Shown here piece by piece: positions 24,461-36,186 of a stretch of 64,000 nucleotides of DNA. The notes beneath the pieces are model-generated. The model saw nothing but the letters and a program-made list of their open reading frames with translations, was not told the DNA's origin and did not search any database. Made by a program: the position numbers and the translations under genes. This DNA comes from Lama glama. Its lineage: Eukaryota. Every line of letters begins with the position of its first letter. Positions within the stretch are counted from its first letter, which is position 1. The DNA is taken from positions 72,356,001-72,420,000 of the forward strand of contig CM052817.1 of NCBI GenBank assembly GCA_028534125.1. The letters are read 5' to 3'.

Positions 24461-24706
24461 TAAGAAATTGAGTAAATTGCAGGCAGGGTTTTTCATGCAT
24501 GTGAATGACCTTTCTGATACCAATTTTTCTTATTTTATTCTGATACAAACTCTTATCCTATTAATTGTTTTATTTAAAAAAAAAGATCATTTCCTCACAC
24601 AGAATCTACATAAATTCTTGCATTGTATATTCCACTTAGAAGATCACATTATCTCAAACTGGATCTAGAAGCACCAAAGAAAATCTAAATATATTCTCTT
24701 TTTTCT

Positions 24707-25200
24707 AGAAATATTTATTGAGCTCTTACCCTATGAGAGACATTGTACTATGTTACTGGGATATACTAATAAGAAAAAAAACAGAAACTCTTCATGGAGC
24801 TTCTGGAACAATTGGGGAGACAGCTAGAAATCAAATAATCATACAAATAATAGATATTGTAAACTGAGATAAGCAATACAAAGAAAAGGGTCAACGTGCA
24901 ATGAAAGAGTATGAAAAGAAATTGGCTTAGTTTAGGGGGCTTAGGAAAGCCTTCCTTGGAAGTAACATCTGAGCCAAGATATGAAAGGTGAGTAGGGATT
25001 AACCAGATGCAAAGGAGTTTAGGAAGTCAGGAAGAAGGAGAGCTTTCCAGGGGTGGAAATAGCATGTGCAAAGGCCTTGAATCCAAAGACTTTGATATAT
25101 GCAAGAAGCTGAATGAAGACCAGTGAGCCACAGCCACCAAAAGCAAAAGAAGATTTGGTGAAAGATGGTATTGGAGGAATAGGTGGGAGGCAGATCACAC
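24707..25200 (-). mobile_element. L2 (L2a/b-like) 3' end
   Basis: aaatatttattgagctctta...tcatggagctt...aggaaagccttccttggaagtaacatctgagc...ggaaatagcatgtgcaaaggccttga...gaggcagatcac. Confidence 0.85.
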
Positions 25201-25918
25201 ATGCATCCTTCTGAAGTTCAAAAGAGAGCTACTTAAAAATTCTAAACATTTTGTTTTACAATTTTTCCTTCATTGCTCATCAAAATTTTATAGAGAGAAA
25301 GGAAGGCATAAATAGAAATGTCTATGGGCTCTGCCCATTAAGTAATTTATATTAAAAAATCTTACACATAGTAAATTTGGAAAAGTCTAAAGACTGAGAA
25401 ACACAGATTTTTAAAAGGCAATACTTTGCTTGCATGCTCTTTTGTTTTTTTAATCCTAGTGAGTGGATGTGGGCTGATTCCAAGGTGAATTCTCTAGCCA
25501 GTACTAGCCTGAACCAGCTGTCAAGTCTCAAGCAAATGCAACCTGTTGTCACTATGTTACATGTCTCACCTCGAAATCATTGAGGAGGAGTAAATGTGCT
25601 GCCAGACCACACTTACTGCCTTCCTGATGTGCGGGGAGAGCACACAACTCAGCCCTGCTGAAGTCCCTGCTTGGCATCGTCACGAAGGGCTGCTCAAACC
25701 TAGACAAGCACAAAAAAAGGACATGTGGAGGAAAACCAGAAGGTGCGTGAGAACTGATCATTATGAGAGCTACTCAGTCTGCTCTTTCAATCATATAGAA
25801 GAGGTTAAGGGAGCTCCTTAACCAGAGTGCTTAAACACTGTGTCTGAACCAAGGGCCTCACCACTGATACAAACTTTGGTAAGGCAACTTGACTTCGGGA
25901 ATTTAATCTGTATCAGTT

Positions 25919-25944
25919 AACAACAACAACAACAACAACAACAA
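25919..25944. repeat. (AAC)8 trinucleotide repeat
   Basis: Read directly. Confidence 0.95.
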
Positions 25945-26014
25945 AATACATTGTTGTTAGAAACATTCCTCCTACATATATACATATACACGTACATATG
26001 CATTTACATACGGA

Positions 26015-26330
26015 TTTATATACAAGAATGCTTATAGCAACATTGTAAGGACAAAAACTTGGCAACAGCTTAAATTGTCATCAGTAAAAGAATGGTTGCA
26101 TGAATTATGATAGGGCCAATCCCTGAAGTATTTACAAAAATGAAGCATGCCTGGAGAGACATCCATAAAATAATGTAAATTAAGTGAAAAGGAAATTGGT
26201 GTATGTAATGCAACCTCATTTTGGTAAATAAACAAAATATGGATTTATATATATACACACACACACATATATATATACACATATAAATATTTAGTATAAA
26301 TAGAGAATGTGTTCAAGGATAACTGTTTTA
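26015..26330 (+). mobile_element. L1ME-type fragment
   Basis: atatacaagaatgcttatagcaacattgt...aaaaacttggcaacagcttaaattgtcatcagtaaaagaatggtt...ttaagtgaaaa. Confidence 0.65.
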
Positions 26331-26539
26331 TTCAATAAGTTGGGCTTAGAAAGATTCAACCATGAAAAAAATTCTTTCTTAGTACTCCTTGTTGAACTCA
26401 CTGTGTTGACACTCTTTCCCAGACCTGTATGGAATTTCTAGTAGGTCCCATAGGTTTTACAGTCCCTCTAAGATAATTTTTAGAAATCCTCTGACAATAG
26501 ACTATGCCTATAAAGTCCATAGGGAAAACAAAACAAAAA

Positions 26540-26805
26540 CAAAAAGGCAACTAAAAAACTGGGCAAAGTTCTTTCTAAACATACACTCTACAAAAGAGAA
26601 TACCAACATGCTCAATAAATATATCTAGTAAAGTGGAACATATCTGCATCCTGTCACTCAGCTATTCTTAGGTTTATACCCATCAGAAATGTGTAAGCAT
26701 GTTCACCTAAGGACATATGCTTAAATGTTCAGAGCAGCACTCTGTATCAGTGAAAAGCTGGAAACTATCCAAATTCCCATCAACAGTAGAATAGATTAAA
26801 AAAAA
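26540..26805 (+). mobile_element. Old L1 ORF2 3' remnant
   Basis: aaactgggcaaag...taggtttatacccatcagaaatg...aatgttcagagcagcactct...aaagctggaaactatccaaattcccatcaacagtagaatagatt. Confidence 0.75.
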
Positions 26806-28120
26806 AGTTGGCTGGAACATAGTTTATGAACAGACAACTTTTGTAGGCAAGCCAGAAAGACTTGTCTTCCTCAAACCAGCATTGCATTTATCTACTTTTC
26901 TATCTCCATGACGTTTTTGTCATGCTGTCCTACCTCCTGCATCCCCCACTGTTCCTCCACCCAGAGGAACAGCTACACAAACTTAAAAGCTAACTAAAAT
27001 GTTATTCATCCCACTAAATATTTTCTGATGCAGCAAAAATCTTCTCATTATCCAAATTACATTTTATTTTATTTGTCCCCTCATGCTTCCTGCTGATGGC
27101 ATAAGAAAGCAGAAGTAAGTCATCCTCAAGTGTTCTGATGGGGATTCCACCATAAAAATACAGTGCTGGTAGATAGGACAGCCTTGAAGAGCAAAGGTGA
27201 ACTACTTCCCCCTACACTGAAATAAGAGAAACGGTCTTTTTTACTGCTTGTGCCATTGGTAAATGTGGTCTCTGATAGAGCATGTGAACAAAGAACCTAG
27301 CAGGTACAGTATTCTCATATCAACCCAATCCACCAGGATGCTGAGTTAAGAGGGTTTAATCTTCCCTTGTCATTGCTCACAATGTCCAGCTTTAAATGTC
27401 AGATGGCATTACCCTCAGGTTGTCACAAACACTCTCACTTCAATAATTAATCTCTCTAGCTCTTTGGGTCTTCCTAAGGAAGAACCCATCCTTAGGCTTA
27501 AGTTGTTTCAGATGGGAAGCCCCCACACACCCTGCTCAGCTCTAAGGCATTTCTTCTGAAAAGTCTGTACTGAAAATTAGTTTTACTTTGATACTGGATA
27601 TCTATTTTATTGGCACCTCAGTCCAAACTAAGAGAGGAACAGTTCTGTTCTATTTGAATAGTCTGTGTTACAGCTTTCAAATGTATGAAGACTTTGGTGG
27701 AAGTATTTCATTGGCCATTACATCCAATCCCAGACCTTCATGAAGTACCTTCTGTGTGCTAAGAACTGTAGGCAGTAACAATAATATCAACATGGTTAAA
27801 AACAGAGTCCTACCCCATTGTTATTTGTATGATTAAGGCAAACAAGTATTAGAATAATAAGCTAACTCTGAAAAACTGTTTTCACAATATTTAATATTAA
27901 CTTTAGAAATTTTAACACTATTTAACAATAACGTCTATCAAGAAAAAAGAGCAAAGAAGTACTAGCATAGTTTTGTTTGTATTTTTTTCTGTTTCATTTG
28001 ATACCTGCATTCAGGCCCAATTCTCATTTTTTGAGTTAATGACCAAAGAAAATAAGCTTCCTTTATAAACCCTCTATTTATGAAACTTTCTTTTACTTTT
28101 CTATGAGCTTGGACTCAATG

Positions 28121-28280
28121 TTGTTTTTTCTTTTTCTTTGTTTGTTTTGGGGGGGTTATTAGGTTCATTTATTTATTTATTATTATTACTAATGGAGGTA
28201 CTGGGGATTGAACCAGAACCGAACCCAGGACCTCCTACATGCCTAGCACGCGCTCTGCCACTGAGCTATACTCACCTCCC
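28121..28280 (-). mobile_element. Vic-1-like SINE, long form
   Basis: T-rich tail, gggggggttattaggttcatttatt, aatggaggtactggggattgaacc...caggacctcctacatgcctagcacgcgctctgccactgagctata. Confidence 0.9.
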
Positions 28281-28421
28281 ACCCACCGCATTGTTTTAAA
28301 CACGTGAAAAGACTAGTTGGCATTTTTCAAACATGCTTCAGAGGTTTGAAAGATCTAGTTAAGTAAGAGACATTATCAGAAGCCTGAAGGATTTTCTGAC
28401 CCACAGCATATTTCTGGAAGA

Positions 28422-28625
28422 CAGTGTAGAGTCATGTAAAAAGAATTAGGGGTATTTAGGTTACAGCAAAATTAACAAATTCTTTTAGTTCTATGACTTT
28501 GGCTAGTTTTCTAAACTTCCAGAACTACAGTTTGCTCATCCTTATAAAGATGATAATGCAGTCTACTTTATGATGTTGTCTAGTGGATTCAGAGATAAAA
28601 TATACACTGTGCTTAGCATCAGATA
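28422..28625 (+). mobile_element. MIR SINE
   Basis: ctatgactttggctagttttctaaactt...cagtttgctcatcc...taaagatgataatg...gttgtctagtggattcagagataa...tgcttagca is the MIR core. Confidence 0.7.
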
Positions 28626-31600
28626 CTGTTAGTTTCTTTTCTTATCCACTTATCTGACCATGTTAATATTAAGACTCATTCTTTTCTAAACATTTAACAC
28701 TTTTCTACTTGGAAAACACTTTGAGTCTTAAAAGTTACTTTGTTATTGGAATTACATATTAAAATACTAAAACAGTTTCACAAGCACTGGGCTATTAAGG
28801 CCTGGTCGGCCTGAGTCGGTGGCAGAAGGGTACAAAGGGAACAGGCCTCATGTTCCGCGTTTGTGAATTTCCTGTGAATAATAACTGCTTCACTGGGGGT
28901 TGGTCATTTTATCAGGATCGGTACTATAGAAGAAAAAATACACGCACATCTTAGTTTGGAAAAAGGCTCTCTCTCAAACAATTTTTAAAAAGTACACCTC
29001 TCTCTTTTTTAAGTCTTTTTGACAATTTGATTGGGGAGTTGGGGTGGAAAGTGGCCCTACTTAAGAAAGGTAAGCAAAGTATTGGCAGGCAGTGACTTTA
29101 AATTGCACATTAAACTAATCCAGGGCTATGCCTTAATAAAGGCTAGGGCTGGGAATTCTTATGGATTTTCTAGCTCATTGCCGGGACAACATCGAAAGGC
29201 AATAAATGTTCTATTCCTTACACAAGCTGCTAGTTTTCAGAAAATTAGTCACCAGTGACCTTCTACCCTTTGTCTTGCTCTCCTTCTCAGTAAGTGTACC
29301 TGATCTGAATCAAATGCAGCCCAGTCCACAGAGAAGTTTGTCTGATAACCTCCTAGAAATCTAAATAACTGGGTTTTGGCATTAGCAGTAAAATAGATCT
29401 ATTAGGAGAAAATACAACTCTATGCATTTATTTTACCTGAAACTAAAGCTCCATGCTCAAGTTATTGTTTTAAGTAAATTAGATCTCATTTCAGATAAAT
29501 CTCAGTTCAAACAAGTTGAATATGAAAATGACATTCAGCTTAAAGTTCCTGACTTTTTTATACACGTAACCAATGATAGAAGATTCTTACAACTTTTTGT
29601 GAGCATTTGCCTACATGCGGGACTATGAGTGTATGAGCAATGAGGGGATAACCATGAGGCGGAGGAGGCTGGAGTCTCAGGGTTGATAGCGGCAAGGAAC
29701 AGAAAAGGAGAGAAGTTATGTGATTTGGGGGCACCAGTCCTTATATTGAATTATATTGATTAGTTTTCCAGTTAGCAGGGAGACCTCCTTCTGACCCTAT
29801 TTTCAGGGTCACTACATCATAATGCAATCTCGCCAAGAGTCTAGTATCCCTCCCCATATTGCTTTCCAAGGAAAGCATGGACCTGAAAATGCCCATTTAA
29901 AGCTTTTTCTTTTTTCCTCCTTTTGCAGGACTCCACCTAACAAATGCATATATAAGTTGTATATAGAGTGCAATAACACACAGTGCAGTGCACACAAGAT
30001 ATAAAAATGGTTCCAACCTTTTGAAAAAAAGACTATTTTAGAAATTGAATCTCGTGAACAGCATTTCATCTGAATTAGGAAAATAAAATGATAACATCTG
30101 ACAAACAGGTGGGTCTGCCATAAGATGGACGCCTTACTAGAGAAACCTTAAATTTGTATTAGTATATGGTTGAAACATATAGCAAACACTAAAATTAAAG
30201 ACTGGCAGGAGATATTTTTGGTTTACTTATGTGCATTTTCATCTTAGACTGAATATTAAGTGGCAGACAAAATAATTATGTTTCTATGAATATTTATGAA
30301 CCAAAAAATATTTGCTTTTTTTAAGATGACAAAATCATTTCAAGACTTTTTAAGTCCTATAAAATGTTATTTATATGAAAGAGCCTGGAAAATCTATCGT
30401 TTAACAAGGCATTTGCAGTAATTCATGAAAAACTGACAAAGAGACATTTTGACATCATGTGGACAAAGTAAATGGCATTTTTCACTTTTCAACTAATTGT
30501 ACTGACACTGAACTATCATACTGACAATCAATAGTGTGATGTCACTTGACAAGCGATTACAGCTGTTGATGCTTTGGAATCTGTTTCCTTACCTGCTATG
30601 CCTCTATGTCTTCATACCTTATTTGACTAAAGGAAGCTGTTCCATCTTTGGACATGGATTTGTGTATAATGCGGTAACCCAGACTTCTGGCTCTGTGCTG
30701 AAGAGGTCACTTTCACTCCCACTTCTTCTCCCTTTATATGCACATTTACTAATTGGATGTTAATCTACTTTTCTCTTCATTCAGAGAGAGCCTAGGCCAC
30801 TAGCATCACTCCATGAATCAAAACCTTCAGTTGACTCACTAGACTTGCCAACTCATATCACCTGGAAAATGTCATGGAGCCAACTTCTTCTTATTAATGA
30901 AGGTCATTCTATAATGTATGAATATCAATAAAGTATATGAAGCGGAAATGTTGAAAAAGAGAGAATAAACAATAGAATTGCTCTAACCACGAAAGTACAA
31001 CGTTATCAAATAATTCTCACCAACCAACAAGCAAGATTCAACCAGTGGTACCCAAATCCTCAAGAGGTCTCCCAGAGCATCCCAATTCTCCACATCACCA
31101 TCTGCTCTCATTGTCTCAAGCTGTCAGAAATGTCAATGAATGGAGACAGAAAGTTTCTTGAAAGTCCTTTCGTATCACTGCCCTTGATGCTTCTTTACCC
31201 TAAAGTGCCCATGCATTTCCATCAACATATTTTTCCCTATCAAACATGTAATGAGCCTAGACTCCCTAGGTATGAGACGAAAGCAGCTCACTGGCTGTGA
31301 CTCTGAGATCATTAGTTTCTCGAGTCTGTCTTGCTCAGTAGAGCAAATGTGAAGTCCGCTGACCTGGGAGCTGGCTTTGCTGCTGCTGTTCGTTACATGC
31401 CCACAGGAAAATATGTTGAAACTAGCCAAGGTGTCAGTTGAAATTTTTGTAGAAAATAAAGGGAGAGCTATGGAGAGAGAAATAGCTCTTGGCAGAGCTC
31501 TTTTTAGCCCCATTTCTCACTGAAGGCCTAGTGTCTTGTTTTATTTATATGACTTTGGTTAGGACTAAGTTAGTAAAGAAAAGAGATTGAAGCCCAGATA

Positions 31601-32066
31601 GTGAATCTACAGATGTAATTCAGATTTTAGTCATGAACAGAGGTTTGTTTTTGGCACAAAATTGTATGCCTGTCATTTCTTCATGATACCATAGTAATTC
31701 TAACATAATCTGTGCTCTCTTGGATGCTTTATATTCTGGCTTTATATTGTATTTTATTTATAATATAATCATAATCACAAATGAATAGAAATAATCTTGG
31801 CTCACTGTTCTGAGTAGTTGATCCTTTACTCAGACTAGTGGTGATGTAAAGTCTCCTTGTTATAAAATAACAAAATTGATACCTCTTAAACAGTTTTACT
31901 TCATAGTGTCAATGAAGAGGACTGGAAAAGACAAAATGTCATCAGTTTTGTCCAATATTCTGATGAAATTACCTTATAATAATTATCTAATGCTTTTGGA
32001 ACTCAAATTCAACTATGCATATCTGAGCATCTAAACACATAAAAGCAATATTTTAATATGTCATAC

Positions 32067-32148
32067 TTTTTTTTTTTAATGGAGGTACTGGGGATTGAAC
32101 CCAGGACCTTGTGCATGCATGCGCTCTACCACTGAGCTGTACCTTCCC
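32067..32148 (-). mobile_element. Vic-1-like SINE, short form
   Basis: T-run then aatggaggtactggggattgaacccaggaccttgtgcatgcatgcgctctaccactgagctgtaccttccc. Confidence 0.92.
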
Positions 32149-33419
32149 TCAACTTTTTATAAATTAACATGCAAGTGTCTCAATATTTTCAGTCTTCTAT
32201 TGAACTTTCTTTAGATCTATTCATGGTTTGGCTGGAATGGCTGCCTTTTATACAGCAGAACTCATTGTTTAGTGTATACATCAAAAATTAAAATGAGAGA
32301 ATTAACTAGGCAATTTGTCACACAGAACACCAAGAAATTTTAAAGGTAAAAACTATTAACTTGAATATGAAAAAAACCGAAATAATCTCAGCTATAATTA
32401 ACTTACACCTAACATGAATTTTTTAAAAATTAAAATAAAAAAAATAAAGTTGGATAGATGGATGAAATTATTTGATTAGTTTATCCAATCAGCAGTCATT
32501 TCCTGAGCAGTTACATTACATGCTGGACATCATATAAAATGAGGGACACCAGAGGTAATAAAATACAAATTCCTTCCACAAAGAGCCCATAGTTTGTTTT
32601 CTATATATATCTTAGAATGTGGTACATTCAAGACCAATCAAAATTTATAAATCAAAATTACCTATAGAATGGCGACCGATTCAGTGAATTCTTATTTCCT
32701 AAAACTGTGTTTGACCAAGCATATGGACTGCTTTGCTGCAAGAATTCTAGCTACTGAAAGTAGACAGAGATTTAGTGCAGGAATGGGCTGCTACAATGCT
32801 GGCAGAGAATTTTCACAAGGCCCATAGGAAAGACTCCCACCCTGGCCGTCAGGGAGCCATGCCCACTCCTCAGGAGGGCAGGGCACAGGGAGGCTGCTGG
32901 AGACCTGCCGTGTTCACCAGGGCTCTGTCATAACGGTTCTCCAGGGCTCAGGAAGTTCTACCTGCCCCGCTACCAATGTCCCTGGACACCCACTGAGCTG
33001 ATGACTAGGCACTCGAGCGTTCAAGCAAAAATACCCAGTGTCTCCAAGATCATGCCTTTTAGCAGCACCAGCTGGAGCCAGGGGAATATAATCCTTCAGT
33101 TCTGTTTTTCCAATTTTATACAAGTTCACATTGGTGGGATCAAGTTGTATCCTGAGCTCTACCTTTGAAAGACTAAATAAATACATAAATAAACTTGGGC
33201 TCGGGAACTTGGGGATGGCCACCAGAAAAAGAGGGGGATTGTGGAGGCATGCCAGCACACCACACCTGCCCCAAACTGCACCTATTCTAAAATTCTCAAA
33301 ATTTTCTTCAAGACTTTCAGTTAATTAAAATGCAAAAAACTTAATGCATGTGTTTCTGTGAGGTATAAATATTTCTCAAACTTTGTGTCCTCTGCACCGT
33401 GAATTACTACTCCTATGCT

Positions 33420-33680
33420 CTCTTTCAGGGCTCTACACAAGCTTACCTCTTTCTGGGATGCCTAACATCCACCAGACTTTGCTTCCTCCAGGACCTTACA
33501 AGCCTCCCATTAGGCGGCCTGTGCTTACCTAGGTCCCAGCACTTTATATTCTATGAATAAATTGGCTTTTTACTTGTGTGTCTCGCTGGCATGACTATAA
33601 GCTCATTGAGAGCATGAAATGAGCCTTGTGTTCAGAGTAATTTATTGCCTGCTATGTATTGCACACAAACAAATGAGTGG
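33420..33680 (+). mobile_element. L2 3' end
   Basis: cccagcacttt...tttttacttgtgtgtctc...gactataagctcattgagagca...acaaatgagtg. Confidence 0.6.
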
Positions 33681-34059
33681 GTACTTTTAAACATGACAAT
33701 TTATTTTATTTTATGTAAATATCTTTTTTTATTACTAGACCCCTTCATGTATGAATTTATTCTGCACGTTGATTAACAATCTGCTATGTGTAATGCATGG
33801 CAGATTGTGTGTGGTCCTGGAGATACTCTAACACTATAAATTTAAACCTATCTCTATCCTTGATTTTTAAATGGTATAAAAGAGTGTTTATTTCCCTGAC
33901 CTTTTTATGTGTTTTAACTTTCCCAGCAGGCTATATAACAAATCCTTTAAAAACAATCTCTTCATTTGTTTGCAATATTTTAGCCTCTATGAGAGAAAAG
34001 AACTAGTAAGAGATATGCCAATGAAAAAGTATAAAACAGGAAAAGTATAAAATGTGTTT

Positions 34060-34280
34060 TCGTTCTACCTGTCTTCTTGATTTGCTCTGTGACCTTGAAC
34101 AAATCACTTTACATACCTATATCATTATCTCTCCATTTTCAAAGTTGAATTTTAGTTTCCATTGCTTACCTCACAGAAAACTCAAACTGCTTGAAATCTT
34201 AACAGAAAGGGTAAAGAGAGTAGCAGATAGAGATTTTCTCTGAACACTTTAAAGAAATTGGCTGTATAAATACTAGACAG
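34060..34280 (+). mobile_element. MIR-family fragment
   Basis: ttgctctgtgaccttgaacaaatcacttta...cttacctcacag...ctgtataaatactag. Confidence 0.55.
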
Positions 34281-35981
34281 TGTTATAAGTACCTGGGACC
34301 CAATGTGGCAAGGTGTGTAAGGAAGCTACTTTCGACAAACAGACATGGACTCACGAGTGTGCTCTGTCACCGGAGAGCTGGAGACTTGAGGTGATGCACC
34401 TGACCTCTCAGGACTTCAACTCCCTCATGTTTAAAACTGTTAAAATACTAAAAGAAAAAAAAAACCCCCAAAACTCAATCTGGAAGAGTTATTTCAAGTT
34501 TTAAATATATTATTTTGTGCTTTATTTTAGTTGACTGTGTAAGTTGCATAAATGTAGGTTAAAGGTTGCACGAAACAGACTCATAGAGACAGGCACACTC
34601 CCTCAGGTCTAGATATTAACCCACCTTAGTTGTAAGCACTTGGGTTCATAAAATCATGTGGTATTTTACCAAATGTCTATTTTTTCAAAAATGTCTTGAA
34701 GGCGTGTATTCTCTCATTAGGATATTATTATTATCACATTATGCTTATTTTCCTGAGGAAGCAGCATTGTTCTTTTGCCTAGATTCCCGTTAGCACCATG
34801 AAAATGTCTCACTTCACTCCCATAGCAGCTTATATCGTTGTAATAAGGTACTCACATGCTCCCCAAAACTCCTGGCATGTAAGGATTATCCAGATTATAG
34901 ATTCACACTGAGATGCAGAGGCTTAAATAAAACCAGTGGATTTAGTTTCATCCCGCATCATTATATTAGTTGAAAACACCCAGGTGTAGTGGAGTCTTCT
35001 GTAGGAAACTAGAAGTAGAAGATAAAGGTAGTTTACAAATTTGACATTTTAGGGAGAGTAATCAACATCTTTCCTTTATCATTTTAGGCACATTTAATTG
35101 TTTATGAGTTTCATTTACAGATAGTGTTTATCATTTTCCTAGTTTCTTTTTGAATCTTCCACATATGTATAACTTGCATGATAGCTAAGTTTAAGAACTC
35201 AATTGGCATAAGAGATAAAATTAATAGCCTATTAATAGTCTTTGGAGTTGAAACTATTTTATGTAGTGTATGTTTATAAAAATTTTGTGGAGTAAACAAG
35301 CCCTGTTTAGTAATAAAAGGCAAGCACAGACTTGTTTAAGAAAATAACCATATGGATTATATATTGAATAGTTGAAACACAAAAGAGTAATCGTAACTGT
35401 TTGTTTTTAGACCCTAATAAAAGAAGTACAAAAACTGAGTAAACGCTTACAAACTTTTATGGATATCAATAGAGCAATTTTATGCCAGTTAGATCTATCA
35501 ATTAAAGAGAAGTGACACGTATTTTGTATGTTTTAAGTTTTCTTTCTTTTTAAAAATTTTTTTTTAGTATTTAGTATTAACCGTATTTTACAAAAGTGTA
35601 GTCTGCAATGTACCAGAACAAAAACATACATACATACATACATACCTGATCCTTCCCCTTTAGTTAGTGTGAAAACTGCTGCTCTAACTTGTTCTTTCTG
35701 ATGGCCCCGTTAGACATGTAGAACAGAAACTACTAATCCTCACTTACATACAGAAAATGCTTATCTCTAATAGATTATATCACATCACTAAGGTCACAGA
35801 GCAAGCAAGTGTCGAAATCAAATACAAAGTTTTATTATTCCATATCTTCAGCTCTTCCCCTTAGAGCACACGCTATCAGAGTAAGTACTACCCATGCTAA
35901 AAATCTGTTTACCTAGGTAGCCTAACCTTGCTTAGTTATTAGCAGTGTGGAGAGAAACATTAAGAAGTTACAAGATAATAT

Positions 35982-36025
35982 CATCTATCTATCTGTCCAT
36001 CTATCTATCTATCAGTCATCTATCT
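35982..36025. repeat. Imperfect (TCTA)n tetranucleotide repeat
   Basis: catctatctatctgtccatctatctatctatcagtcatctatct. Confidence 0.85.
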
Positions 36026-36150
36026 GAAGACAGACTTCAAATGTCAAAGGAACATTTAAAACTTACCTAAGTATAGAAGATGAAGGAAGTAAGAGGCTTT
36101 GAACTAAAGCTGAAATACTTTATGTGAGTATAAGGAAGAAGAGGTAAAAA

Positions 36151-36186
36151 ATATATATGTATATATGTGTGTGTGTGTGTGTGTGT
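36151..36186. repeat. Compound (AT)n(GT)n microsatellite
   Basis: atatatatgtatatatgtgtgtgtgtgtgtgtgtgt. Confidence 0.95.
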
